From Eledone cirrhosa (Eukaryota), in contig OZ024740.1 of the NCBI GenBank assembly GCA_964016885.1, positions 397,420,001-397,484,000 of the forward strand: 64,000 nt of DNA, given 5' to 3'. The notes beneath the pieces were generated by a model. That model ran no database searches. It was not told the DNA's origin and was given only the letters and a program-made list of their open reading frames with translations. Shown in pieces: positions 24,559 to 36,072 of this stretch (the stretch's first letter is position 1; the number at the start of each line of letters is the position of its first letter). The position numbers were made by a program, and so were the translations under genes.

Positions 24559-25548
24559 ACATTTCTAAATACAATCACAGACATGAACATAGACACATAC
24601 TGTTTCAGTCTACTAAATGTTGTTCACAAGGTACTGATCACACCAGAGGACATTTTCCAAAGTTACCATAAAGTAGAATAAAATCTGAAGTCACACAGTT
24701 GTGAATTGAACTTCTTAACCACATAACTATGCCTGTGACTGTGTTTGTTTTTATTAAAAGAAGGAAAAGGATGGGTATTGTCCAGAATGTGAATGCTCAA
24801 TAAGATTTTTTAAATAAGTGACATTGGTATGGATATAATGTAACTTCAAAAATTAAAGACTAATATTTCATATATTATGAAACAGTGTGAACAAATCTGC
24901 TATGATGTGAATCTGAAGTGCAGTTTCCAATTATAGTCAATAACTTTGAAAGGAATAGATTTAACCAGGCTGATCTCTATCTTTGAGATATGATGTTGCC
25001 ATAGGTAAGTTTTGATCAAGCAGATATATGATCAAAAGCATTACAGCAGTGACCATCTAGTCTTTTTTTAATTAATTATCTAATTTATCCTTTCTTTAGT
25101 TATCATCAGCTTATTCCCCTAATCATGTAATTGAAACAAGAGGGATTAATTTTCAACTTCTTGCTATTATCTCCCCTTTTCTTTAATAGTTGCTAACAAT
25201 TGCTACTATTAATTTTTCTTTTTTTTTTCTCCAACTAAAATAAAAATTTCAATTAATACTTTTGTGTACATCATTTGGTATATTATTTCTTTGCTATTTT
25301 ATACAAATTTGTACCATTGGCTCTTTTGAGTTATTTCTTTTAACTCGTTTTATTTTTATGGAAATTATGTAATAATTTTTATGGAAATTATGTTTTATTT
25401 TTATGGAAATTATGTAATTTTCATGACTTATACACTGTTCATTTTCTTGACATTTGAACATTATTCTATGTACTATACATGCACCTTTGATGAGTTGTAG
25501 TGCACCTGAGCACTGTACACAATAATTTCATTATTATTATTATTATTA

Positions 25549-25550
<2 letters not shown>

Positions 25551-25584
<34 letters not shown>

Positions 25585-26048
25585 GTTTAACGTCCATGTT
25601 CCATGCTTGCATGGGTTTGGACGGGAGTTTTCCCACTTGAGGCAAGAGTGGTTGTCTTACTCGCATAGGACTGTCTGGCGGGTTTTCTACAGCTGGATGC
25701 CCTTCCTAACACCAACCACATTTACAGTGTGGGGCTGGGAGGTTTTTACCGTGTTGCCTACACGGCCACATTACAGCATGGACTGTCTGGCGGGTTTTCT
25801 ACAGCTTGATGCCCTTCCTAACACCAACCACATTTACAGTGTGGGACTGGGAGGTTTTTATCGTGTTGCCTACACGGCCACATTACAGCGTGGACTGTGT
25901 GTTTTTTGTCGTGACACCCACACGATCTCATTTGTTTCGGCCTGGATGTTATGGCACCAACATAACTTTACATTGAAAGGGGCGGTGTGGATGGGGGGGG
26001 CGGGTATTTTGTTAGAGATGCCTACTGACTGTAGTAGGTTTTACTTTG
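25551..26048 (-). mobile_element. RTE-A 3' UTR-only copy with tandem-duplicated core, inserted in an (ATT)n run
   Basis: (GAT)n tail at 25551-25584; (ATT)n on both sides (25530-25550, 26049-26071); about 113-bp internal duplication. Confidence 0.9.
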
Positions 26049-28005
26049 TTATTATTATTATTATTATTATTATACTGGACAAGTATTATGTAAAAATCTT
26101 TGTTAACAGATGAAGCTGGCATGAGTAGACTATACTATGCTGATGAGGTCTAATAGACTCGGTCAGTGCCAGAGTTGGGGAGGCCAAGGGTGAGTAGGGC
26201 AAAATAGAAGAAGCACTTCCAGTCACTGGCTTAATTAGAGTCCAGGACCCTCTCAATTGAAGATGTGAGGACATCAGTCACCGGCACCTGGGCTGCTTTC
26301 GGGATCTTGAGCGGGTTCTTCTGGCGCCGCCTGAACCGAGTGATGTTGACCAGCAAGACATGAGCATCAGACAAGCTCACATTTGGTGGGTAGTGAAAGG
26401 CCACAGCTGTGCTGATGAAGGGAAGAGACAGTTGCTGCACATTGTGGGGGCACTGGAGGTTCATTGTGTCAGGCCAACACAACAAAGGTGGTGGAAACAT
26501 CCACACCTAGAACAGTTCTGGCCTTTCTTCCGCCTATTCGTGGTGGTGCATATGCTGCAGTTGTCGCCTGGTGGGGATGGAGCGTCAGACAGGAAGCCGA
26601 GGACTGGAGCACTATGGGTGTGTGGCTGATTGTCTCCAACCAGGAGACTTAACTCAACGAAGGATGGGTGGAGGGGAGAAACTAGAATCATAAAGAAGTA
26701 GGCAGGGTGATGATGTAAAGGAGGCAGCATGTCTCACCTTCAATAGACCTGAAAGCAACAGCAACCAAAAAATGGGGGGGGGGTAGGAGCATAGAGAGTG
26801 ATCTAAATGGAAAATCTTAGAAATCTATATGTATGTATATATGTAAATACACACACAAACTCCCACTAATACACACACTCCCAAGTTTTCACTATGACAC
26901 CAGAGTATATGTTTTATATACGTGCTTGTATGTGAACATTCTCATGTCCATGTGTGCATGCATAGATATAATTCAGCAAAAAAAAATATATATATATATA
27001 TTAAAATTATTGCATATTCTATTTACTGATGGAATAGTTTGTGCAACAATGTTCACAGGAATCTATATAATGATTTATAACTATGTCTCTTCTTTTGGTT
27101 TTATTGAAGTATATCATGAGATTCATTGAACACTATGAACAATTGTTGTATTAGATTATTTACTTTTTATCTAAAGCAATACTAAATTACATATCATAAG
27201 AACAATGAAATATAACATGTGAAATCCAGAATATAAGATCGGGCTAATTTTAGTTTTATCTTAGTAACACCATCCTAAATCATTCAAGCCTTATATTCAA
27301 ATTACCATTAATACATTCTCTAATTTCCCTTAATATAAAGCCCTCAAAATTTAATTAATTAATGTAATTAATTAGCTATTGTTAAAAACTTTAGCTATTG
27401 TTAAAAACTATGCAGTAAGGCTGATTGTGTGATTTAAAAACTATGTGGTACTGAGCTTCATCCTGCTGTGTAGAAACATACCATATCTTGAGAGACTATC
27501 GGTTAACACTTGGAAAGTTCATCTCCAAGGTGCAGACTTGAGCAAAGATTTTTTAATGGAGAACTACATATGCAACAGAAAGGTAAGAGTGGTTCAAGAG
27601 AAAGGCAAAAGCTGATAGAGCACCTGTGTTGTCACAGACATTACTGTCAGAATGCAAAGTACCAGAACAAATACCACAAGGCATCTCTTTTGTCACTCTA
27701 AGAGTTCTTCCAATCCAACAGCCTGAACAGGTATTTCCTTTATCAATCCTGAAAATATGAATGACAAAGTTGACTTTGGTGAGATCTGGATTCAGAGCAC
27801 AAACAACCACAGCAAGTTCTGCAAGGCATTGTGTCTGATGCTCTAACAACTCTGCAACTTCATCACCTTATAAAATTAAATAAAGTACCAGTCAAGTACT
27901 GAGGTCAGTAAAATATATATATATAGATACAAAATATATATATATATATAAATTAATAAAAACAATGAAATAAAAACAAAGAACAAGTTCCTTATATTAA
28001 AAAAT

Positions 28006-28141
28006 TCATCATTTTACGATCGTTTCTAGGATGTATATGTGTGTTGGTATGTATATCATATAGATCTATGTAAAAATATTACAAATTATCAGAGGAAATA
28101 TACATACCTTCACATATACATGCTGTCTTCAGAAATGATGA
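28006..28141 (-). ncRNA. type-I hammerhead ribozyme (inverted copy)
   Basis: Reverse complement of 29938-30073. Confidence 0.75.
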
Positions 28142-28378
28142 GATTTGTTTATTGAAAAAAAACAACAAAGATTTAATATAAAAGGTCTGTTTGGGAACAG
28201 GTTTTGAATTGACCAATAGAAAAGTAGTTAGAGGTCAAGTTTATAGAATAGTGGTAGTAGAAATTTAATTTAGGAGTAGAGGAGTGCAGACTTTTGTTTT
28301 GAATGAAAAGAATACTTTGGGGATGAAAAGAGGCCAAGCCAGTGAAGGGTACACGAAAATTTGATGTTATTAAAGAAT

Positions 28379-28555
28379 TGAATTGGCAGTATCGGTAGAG
28401 GGTCAGACATGCTTTCTAGCATAGTTACGTCCCTTTACGATCTGAGTTCAAATCCCGCCGAGGTTAACTTTGCCTTTCATCCTTACGAGGTCGATAAAAT
28501 AAAGTACCAGTAATATACTGGGTAATTGCTGGCCTTGTGCCAAAAAGTAGAAACA
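28379..28555 (+). mobile_element. tRNA-derived SINE inserted in the left PLE arm
   Basis: TSD GTTATTAAAGAAT at 28366-28378 and 28556-28568; the empty site is preserved in the right arm near 29700-29715. Confidence 0.92.
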
Positions 28556-28919
28556 GTTATTAAAGAATAATGTTAAAAACGAAGGAAAATAGAATTTTAG
28601 GGTAAGAGTATTAGTGAGAAATACCAATCTTATTTAAACCACAAGGAATCTAGATCTATAACAAGAAATTAAATTAATTGATAGATATACTTATAGGGAT
28701 AAATTTATATTAATTCATATGAATATGATAAATAAGAATTAAATGTTATTAAAGAGTGTTGTTAAAAACGAAGGAAAGTAAAATTTGGGGATAAGGGTAG
28801 TAGTGAGAAATACCAATCTTATAAAATCTACAAGGAATCTATATTCATAACAGGAAATTAAATTAATTTATAGGTATACTTTTAGGTATTAATTTTAGGT
28901 ATTAATTTTATTAACTTAT

Positions 28920-29223
28920 TCATATATAGGAGCTACGTCTAACCAATTTAAAGTAAGATTTAATACCCACAAACATAGTTTTAAAAATGCCGCATTAGCT
29001 AATACAACATCCTTGGCTGAAACAATTAATAATTATAGAAAGAAGAATATAGATTACAACCTGACCTGGAGTGTGCTCAAAAGGGCCACCCCCTTATCAA
29101 AATAACAGATATGAGTGTAGGTTATGCTCCCAGGAACTTTTTGAAATCATGAAATCTAAGGAATTAATTATATCTTGCAATCATAGAATTAGAAGAACCT
29201 TCAAATATTATAAACCTAATTAA
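28920..29223 (+). pseudogene. GIY-YIG endonuclease C-terminal half of a PLE
   Basis: SYIGATSNQFKVRFNTHKHSF...TSLA...YNLTWSVLKRATP, one frameshift, then YQNNRYECRLCSQE...SCNHR; YIG, R..H..SF, CxLCxxE and CxH motifs typical of PLE endonucleases (Naiad-like). Confidence 0.85.
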
Positions 29224-29937
29224 TATACACCTTACACTTATATTTTACATATTATTATATTAACCTATAATTAGTACTACAGAGAACTTCATAATTTTAT
29301 TTCCCTCTTACAGCTCTCTTTTCCTAAAGTAAATACCTAAAAGTATACCTATAAATTAATTTAATTTCCTGTTATGAATATATATTCCTTGTAGTTTATA
29401 TAAGATTGGTATTTCTCACTACTACCCTTATCCCAAAATTTTACTTTCCTTCGTTTTTAACAACACTCTTTAATAACATCTAATTCTTATTTATCACATT
29501 CATATGAATTAATATAAATTTATCCCTATAAAGTGTTGGTGCTTATGACCCTCCCAAAGTATAACAATATCCCTATAAATATATCTATCAATTAATTTAA
29601 TTTCTTGTTATAGATCTAGATTCCTTGTAGTTTAAATAAGATTGGTATTTCTCACTAATACCCTTACCCTAAAATTCTATTTTCCTTCGTTTTTAACATT
29701 ATTCTTTAATAACATCAAATTTTCGTGTACCCTTCACTGGCTTGGCCTCTTTTCATCCCAAAGTATTCTTTTCATTCAAAACATAAGTCTGCACTTCTCT
29801 ACCACTAAATTAAATTTCTACTACCACTATTCTATAAACTTGACCTCTAACTGCTTTTCTATTGGTCAATTCAAAACCTGTTCCCAAACAGACCTTTTAT
29901 ATTAAATCTTTGTTGTTTTTTTTTCAATAAACAAATC

Positions 29938-30073
29938 TCATCATTTCTGAAGACAGCATGTATATGTGAAGGTATGTATATTTCCTCTGATAATTTGTAA
30001 TATTTTTACATAGATCTATATGATATACATACCAACACACAAATACATCCTAGAAACGATCGTAAAATGATGA
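29938..30073 (+). ncRNA. type-I hammerhead ribozyme with 99-nt stem II
   Basis: Helix I TCATCATTT/AAATGATGA, CTGAAGA, long stem II, GAAA, palindromic helix III ACGATCGT, GUA cleavage triplet. Confidence 0.8.
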
Positions 30074-30259
30074 ATTTTTTAATATAAGGAACTTGTTCTT
30101 TGTTTTTATTTCATTGTTTTTATTAATTTATCTTGACTCTGTTTTCCTATGATTTTCATCGAAAATTTTTGAATGCATCTTCTCTTTTCATGATATTTGG
30201 ATTACATTGAGTTCTTCATATGGATTGGACACTACCGTATATTTTGGTAGATTTATCTA

Positions 30260-30260
30260 C

Positions 30261-30312
<52 letters not shown>

Positions 30313-30337
30313 ATATAGGTATATATATATGTATATA

Positions 30338-30382
<45 letters not shown>
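30260..30382. repeat. (TA)n microsatellite, left edge of RTE nest 2
   Basis: Direct reading. Confidence 0.95.
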
Positions 30383-30386
<4 letters not shown>

Positions 30387-31146
30387 TCATCATCATCATC
30401 ATCACCGTTTTACGTCCGTTCTTCCACGCTAGCATGGGTTAGACGGGTTGTCCTGTTGTGGGCAGTGTCTGGTCGGCTGACCATGCCTTGCTCATACAGG
30501 AACTGATCTGGCTTGATTTCTACAGCTGGATGCCCTTCCTAACACCAACCTCATTTACAGTGAGTGCTGGGTGCTTTTTCGTGGCGCCTACACGTCCACT
30601 TTACAGTGTGGGCTGGGTGCTTTTTTGCCGTGGCACCTCCACGACCACCTTGCGGTGGGGGGGGGGGGGGGGCATATTGTTTATATGCTTCAGCATGTAC
30701 CCATGGGAGGTCGGGTACCCTGTATTACTGCGTGACGCCAGAAGTCACGGTCGTGTGTCATTGACTTTGAGAGGTGTAGTTGGGTAAGGTCGGCTTTTAT
30801 CACCTCATCCCAAGTCATCTTGGGTCTCCCCACTCCGCGGTTTCCATCAACTTCTAGTGCTCTGCACCTTTTTATGCAGCTGTCATCCTTCATACGCATC
30901 ACATGTCCATACCAGCGTAACCGCCTCTCCTGCACGCAGCATTTGATTCCTCTTATGCTCAGTCTCTCTCTCAATTCATTTATGCTTTGTCGTTCACGTA
31001 TATTACTGTTACACATCCATCGGAGCATGCAGGCTTCGTTTCTCTCTAATCTACGTAAGTCTTCCACCTTCAGCGCCCAGGTCTCACTACCATGCAACAT
31101 CGCTGTTCGGATACACGCATCATACAGTCTGCCTTTCATTCTGAGG

Positions 31147-31149
<3 letters not shown>
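30383..31149 (-). mobile_element. RTE subfamily B 3' fragment
   Basis: ORF 30690-31331(-) RTE C-terminus; distinct 3' UTR; (GAT)n tail. Confidence 0.93.
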
Positions 31150-31223
<74 letters not shown>

Positions 31224-31227
31224 TATA

Positions 31228-31947
31228 TTGGTACGGTCACGTGATGCGCATGAAAGACGACAGCTGTATAACAAAGTGCAGGGCAATAAAGATAGACGGT
31301 AGCCACGGAGTAGGCAGACCCAGAAAAACATGGGACGAGCTGATAAATTCCGACCTCACACGCTTACACCTCTCCAAGACAATGTCACTGGACCGAGACC
31401 TTTGGCGGTACTCAGTAATAGAGAAGACCCGCCTTACCTAAATACAAAGTAAAAACCTACTACAGTCAGTAGGCATCTCTATCAAAACACACCCCCGTCC
31501 CACCACCTCCACCCCATCCACACCGCCCCTTTCAATGTAAAGTTATGTTGGTCCCACAACATCCAGGCCGAAACAAATGAGATCGTGTAGGTGTCACGAC
31601 AAAAAACACACAGTCCACGTTGTAAATGTGGCCGTGTAGGCAACACGGTAAAAACCTCCCAGCCCCACACTGTAAATGTGGTTGGTGTTAGGAAGGGCAT
31701 CCAGCTGTAGAAAACCCGCCAGACAGTCCACGCTGTAATGTGGCCGTGTAGGCAACACGGTAAAAACCTCCCAGCCCCACACTGTAAATGTGGTTGGTGT
31801 TAGGAAGGGCATCCAACTGTAGAAAACCCGCCAGACAGTCCTATGCGAGCAAGACAACCACTCTTGCCTCAAGTGGGAAAACCCCCGTCCAAACCCATGC
31901 AAGCGTGGAACACGGACGCTAAACCTGATGATGATGATGATGATGAT
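31228..31947 (+). mobile_element. RTE-A 3' fragment with duplicated 3' UTR core
   Basis: ORF 31241-31441; tandem duplication about 31611-31836. Confidence 0.93.
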
Positions 31948-31950
31948 ACA

Positions 31951-32012
<62 letters not shown>

Positions 32013-32042
32013 TATATTGGTACGGTCACGTGATGCGCATGA

Positions 32043-33192
32043 GAAAGACTAAGGTCCTTGTAAGTAGACGAGAAAACAGAACCCAGATCCCCTCAGGGAA
32101 ATGGCCTTGCTCAGTATGTAGGAAAGGTGTAGGTAGGAACTCCATTCTCTGCCCCAAATGCAAACAATCGGTACACAAGAGATGTAGCGGGATCTCAGGA
32201 AGCTTAATTAAGAATGTAGGATTCACATGCAGCAGCTGTGCTGAAACAGCAAGCAAACAGCCACAGGAAACAAGTACCACCAATCTCTGGGAGGGCCCTG
32301 TAGAAACAGTAGACAGCTTCTGCTACCTAGGTGACCGAATTAGCAACGGAGGTGGGTGCTCAGAAAGTACAATAACTAGGGTAAGAACGGGATGGAAGAA
32401 GTTTAGGGAACTACTACCACTGCTAGCTGCAAAAGGATTCTCCCTCAGAATGAAAGGCAGACTGTATGATGCGTGTATCCGAACAGCGATGTTGCATGGT
32501 AGTGAGACCTGGGCGCTGAAGGTGGAAGACTTACGTAGATTAGAGAGAAACGAAGCCTGCATGCTCCGATGGATGTGTAACAGTAATATACGTGAACAAC
32601 AAAGCATAAAGGAATTGAGAGAGAGACTGAGCATAAGAGGAATCAAATGCTGCGTGCAGGAGAGGCGGTTACGCTGGTATGGACATGTGATGCGTATGAA
32701 GGATGACAGCTGCATAAAAAGGTGCAGAGCACTAGAAGTTGATGGAAACCGCGGAGTGGGGAGACCCAAGATGACTTGGGATGAGGTGATAAAAGCCGAC
32801 CTTACCCAACTACACCTCTCAAAGACAATGACACACGACCGTGACTTCTGGTGTCACGCAGTAATACAGGGTACCCGACCTCCCATGGGTACATGCTGAA
32901 GCATATAAACAATATGCCCCCACTCCCCCCACCGCAAGGTGGTCGTGGAGGTGCCACGGCAAAAAAGCACCCAGCCCACACTGTAAAGTGGACGTGTAAG
33001 CGCCACGAAAAAGCACCCAGCACTCACTGTAAATGAGGTTGGTGTTAGGAAGGGCATCCAGCTGTAGAAGTCAAGCCAGATCAGTTCTTGTATGAGCAAG
33101 GCATGGTCAGCCGACCAGACACTGCCCACAACAGGACAACCCGTCTAACCCATGCTAGCGTGGAAGAACGGACGTAAAACGGTGATGATGAT
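32043..33192 (+). mobile_element. RTE-B 3' fragment (PHD to tail)
   Basis: ORF 31928-32899; near-identical to 30383-31149 in inverted orientation. Confidence 0.93.
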
Positions 33193-33231
33193 ATATATAT
33201 ATATACAGTATATATATATATATATATACAG

Positions 33232-33637
33232 TCATCATCATCATCATCATCATCATGTTTAGCGTCCGTGTTCCACGCTTGCATGGGTTTGGACGGGGGT
33301 TTTCCCACTTGAGGCAAGAGTGGTTGCCTTGCTCGCATAGGACTGTCTGGCGGGTTTTCTACAGTTGGATGCCCTTCCTAACACCAACCACATTTACAGT
33401 GGGGCTGGGAGGTTTTTACCATGTTGCCTACACGGCCACATTACAGCGTGGACTGTCTGGCGGGTTTTCTACAGCTGGATGCCCTTCCTAACACCAACCA
33501 CATTTACAGTGTGGGGCTGGGAGGTTTTTACCGTGTTGCCTACACGGCCACATTTACAGCGTGGACTGTGTGTTTTTTGTCGTGACACCTACACGATCTC
33601 ATTTGTTTCGGCCTGGATGTTGTGGGACCAACATAAC
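33232..33637 (-). mobile_element. RTE-A 3' UTR fragment with duplicated core
   Basis: Shares diagnostic variants (GGTCCCAC, TGTAAATGTGGCC, GGACGCTAAA) with 31228-31947. Confidence 0.92.
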
Positions 33638-33682
33638 AGTATATATATATATATACATATATATGTATAAATATATATATAT

Positions 33683-35355
33683 AGGTGATTAGGGAAATGA
33701 AAAATGGTAAGGCGGCCGGACCATCGGGAATAGTTGCTGAGATGCTGAAGGCATCAGGGGACGTAGGCACTAAACTGGTTGCACGCATCATCAATCAGGC
33801 TATATATGGTGGTGTCATACCCAAAGACTGGTGCAGCAGTATTCTCATAAATTGCTACAAAGGTAAAGGGGATGCTTTGGAGAGGAGCAATTATTGGGGT
33901 ATAAAACTGATAGATCAGGTTATGAAAGTGGCAGAAAGGATTTTAGCACAACTAATTAGAGAAAGGGTCAAACTAGATGAGATGCAGTTTGGTTTTGTGC
34001 CTGGGAAGAGTACAACAGATGCCCTCTTCTTGGTGAGACAAATGCAAGAGAGGTTCTTAGAGAAGAATAAGCCACTATACTTAGCCTTTGTTGACCTAGA
34101 GAGGGCCTTTGATAGGGTACCCCGATCTGTCATCTGGTGGTCCCTAAGGAAGCTAGGTGTTGAGGAATGGCTTGTGAGGACAGTGCAAACTTTGTACAGA
34201 GGTACTCTCAGTAAAGTCAGGGTAGGAATGGAGTTTAGTGAGGAATTCCAGATAAAAGTAGGAGTACATCAGGGTTCGGTCCTCAACCCGCTCTTGTTCA
34301 TTATAGTCCTCCAAGCCATAACAGAGGAGTTTAAGACTGGCTGTCCATGGGAACTTCTCTATGCTGACGATCTGGTTCTTATAGCAGAATCAGTAGAGGA
34401 GCTAGAGAATAAATTCTGGCTATGGAAACAGCAGTTGGAAGCAAGAGGACTGAGAGTGAATCTAGCTAAGACAAAAGTGTTGATGAGTAGAAAAGAGGAC
34501 AAAACCCTGATTCCGTCAGGGAAATGGCCATGTTCGATATGCAGAAAAGGAACTGGTATAAATTCTATAAAATGCACACAATGCAGATCCTGGGTACACA
34601 AGAGATGTAGCGGGATAGCAGGCAAACTAACAGGTAGGGAGAAATATGTATGCAGTAGATGTACAGGGAAATTAGACAGTAGAAGTCGCACTGATAGACA
34701 CATTTTTCAAATGCAAGAGGGCGCTATAGAAGTGGTGGATAGCTTCCGGTACCTAGAAGATCAGATTAGCATGGGAGGAGGGTGTTCCGAGAGCATAGTA
34801 TCTAGAATAAGGACGGGTTGGAAGAAGTTTAGGCCGCTGCTTCCTCTGTTGACGAAGAAGGGTTTCTCCCTGCGTACGAAAGGCCGGTTGTATGATGCCT
34901 GTGTGAGGAGCTCGATGCTGCATGGTAGCGAGACATGGGCAGCAACTGCAGAGGATATGCGACGGCTGGAGAGAAATGAGGCAAGCATGCTCCGTTGGAT
35001 GTGCAGTGTAAATGTATGCAGCATAAATGTGTTGAGAGAGAAACTGTGTCTGAGAGGGATAGAATGTAGTGTACGAGAGAGGAGACTGAGGTGGTATGGA
35101 CATGTGATGCACATGGAGGATGACCGATGGGTGAAGAAGTGCCAGGAAATGCCAGTTGAAGGAAGACGTGGGAGAGGTAGACCACGAAAAACATGGGTGG
35201 AGGTGGTGAGAACAGACCTCAGATCATTGAAGCTCACGGTGGAGATGACGAGGGACCGTGACGAGTGGAGAGATGCTGTGCTGAATAAGACCCGTCCCAC
35301 CCTTGCAAGCAGGGAAAAGCGGACGTAAAATTATGATGATGATGATGATGATGAT
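33683..35355 (+). mobile_element. RTE subfamily C, 5'-truncated; open RT-PHD ORF 33685-35328; essentially no 3' UTR
   Basis: FVDLERAFD, GVHQGS, YADD, C4HC3; the ORF stop lies a few nt before the (GAT)n tail. Confidence 0.95.
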
Positions 35356-36072
35356 ATAGTAATATACGCGAACGGCAAAGCATAAATGAACTAAGTGAGA
35401 AATTAGGAATAAGAGGGATCAGATGCTGTTTACTTGAGAGAAGACTACATTGGTATGGTCAAGTGATGCGCATGAAAGACGACAGTTGTATAAAAAAAGT
35501 GCAGGGCATCAAAATTGATGGAAGTTACGGAGTAGGCAGGCCCAGAAAAACCTGGGACGATTTGATAAATTCCGACCTTACACATTTACACCTCTCTAAG
35601 ACAATGTCACTGGACCAAGATCTTTGGCGCTACGCAGCAATACAGAAGACTCACCTTGCCTATGTACAAAGCAAAACCTACAGTCAGTAGGCACCTCTTA
35701 ACCAAATATACACCCATCCCATTACTCCTACTCCACCACCCCCACTCCCGCCAACACCACCCTTTCTCTGTAAAGTTATGTTGATACCACAACATCCAGT
35801 CCTAAATAAATGAGGTTGTGTAGGTGTCACGACAAAAAAACACACAGTCCATGCTGTAATGTGGCCATGTAGGTAACACGGTAAAAACCTCCCAGTCCAC
35901 ACTGTAAACGTGGTTGGTGTTAGGAAGGGCATCCAGCCGTAGAAAACCTGCCAGACAGTCCTATATGAGCAGACATGGTCACCCGACCAATCTTGCCTCA
36001 AGTGGGACAATTCCCGTCTAAACCCATGCTAGCGTGGAAGATAGACATTAAAAGATGATGATGATGATGATG
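35356..36072 (+). mobile_element. RTE subfamily D 3' fragment abutting the tail of the C copy
   Basis: ORF 35463-35690 RTE C-terminus with frameshift; 3' UTR and (GAT)n. Confidence 0.9.

Larger units (their letters stand above)
27948..30260 (+). mobile_element. Penelope-like element: inverted pLTR + GIY-YIG remnant + pLTR with hammerhead
   Basis: Arms 27948-28890 and 29332-30131 are reverse complements; spacer encodes a GIY-YIG C-terminus; (TA)n on both sides. Confidence 0.85.

Noticed and set aside
24311-24596. Poly-Leu/Ser ORFs
   Set aside because: Translations of (GAA)n
25470-25530. TTTGATGAG...hairpin before (ATT)n as a ribozyme or SECIS
   Set aside because: No GAAA core or SECIS quartet geometry; more likely the 3' end of an unidentified retroelement
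26075-26750. GC-richer block with several short ORFs
   Set aside because: Probably a decayed LINE ORF1, but no motif I can identify with confidence
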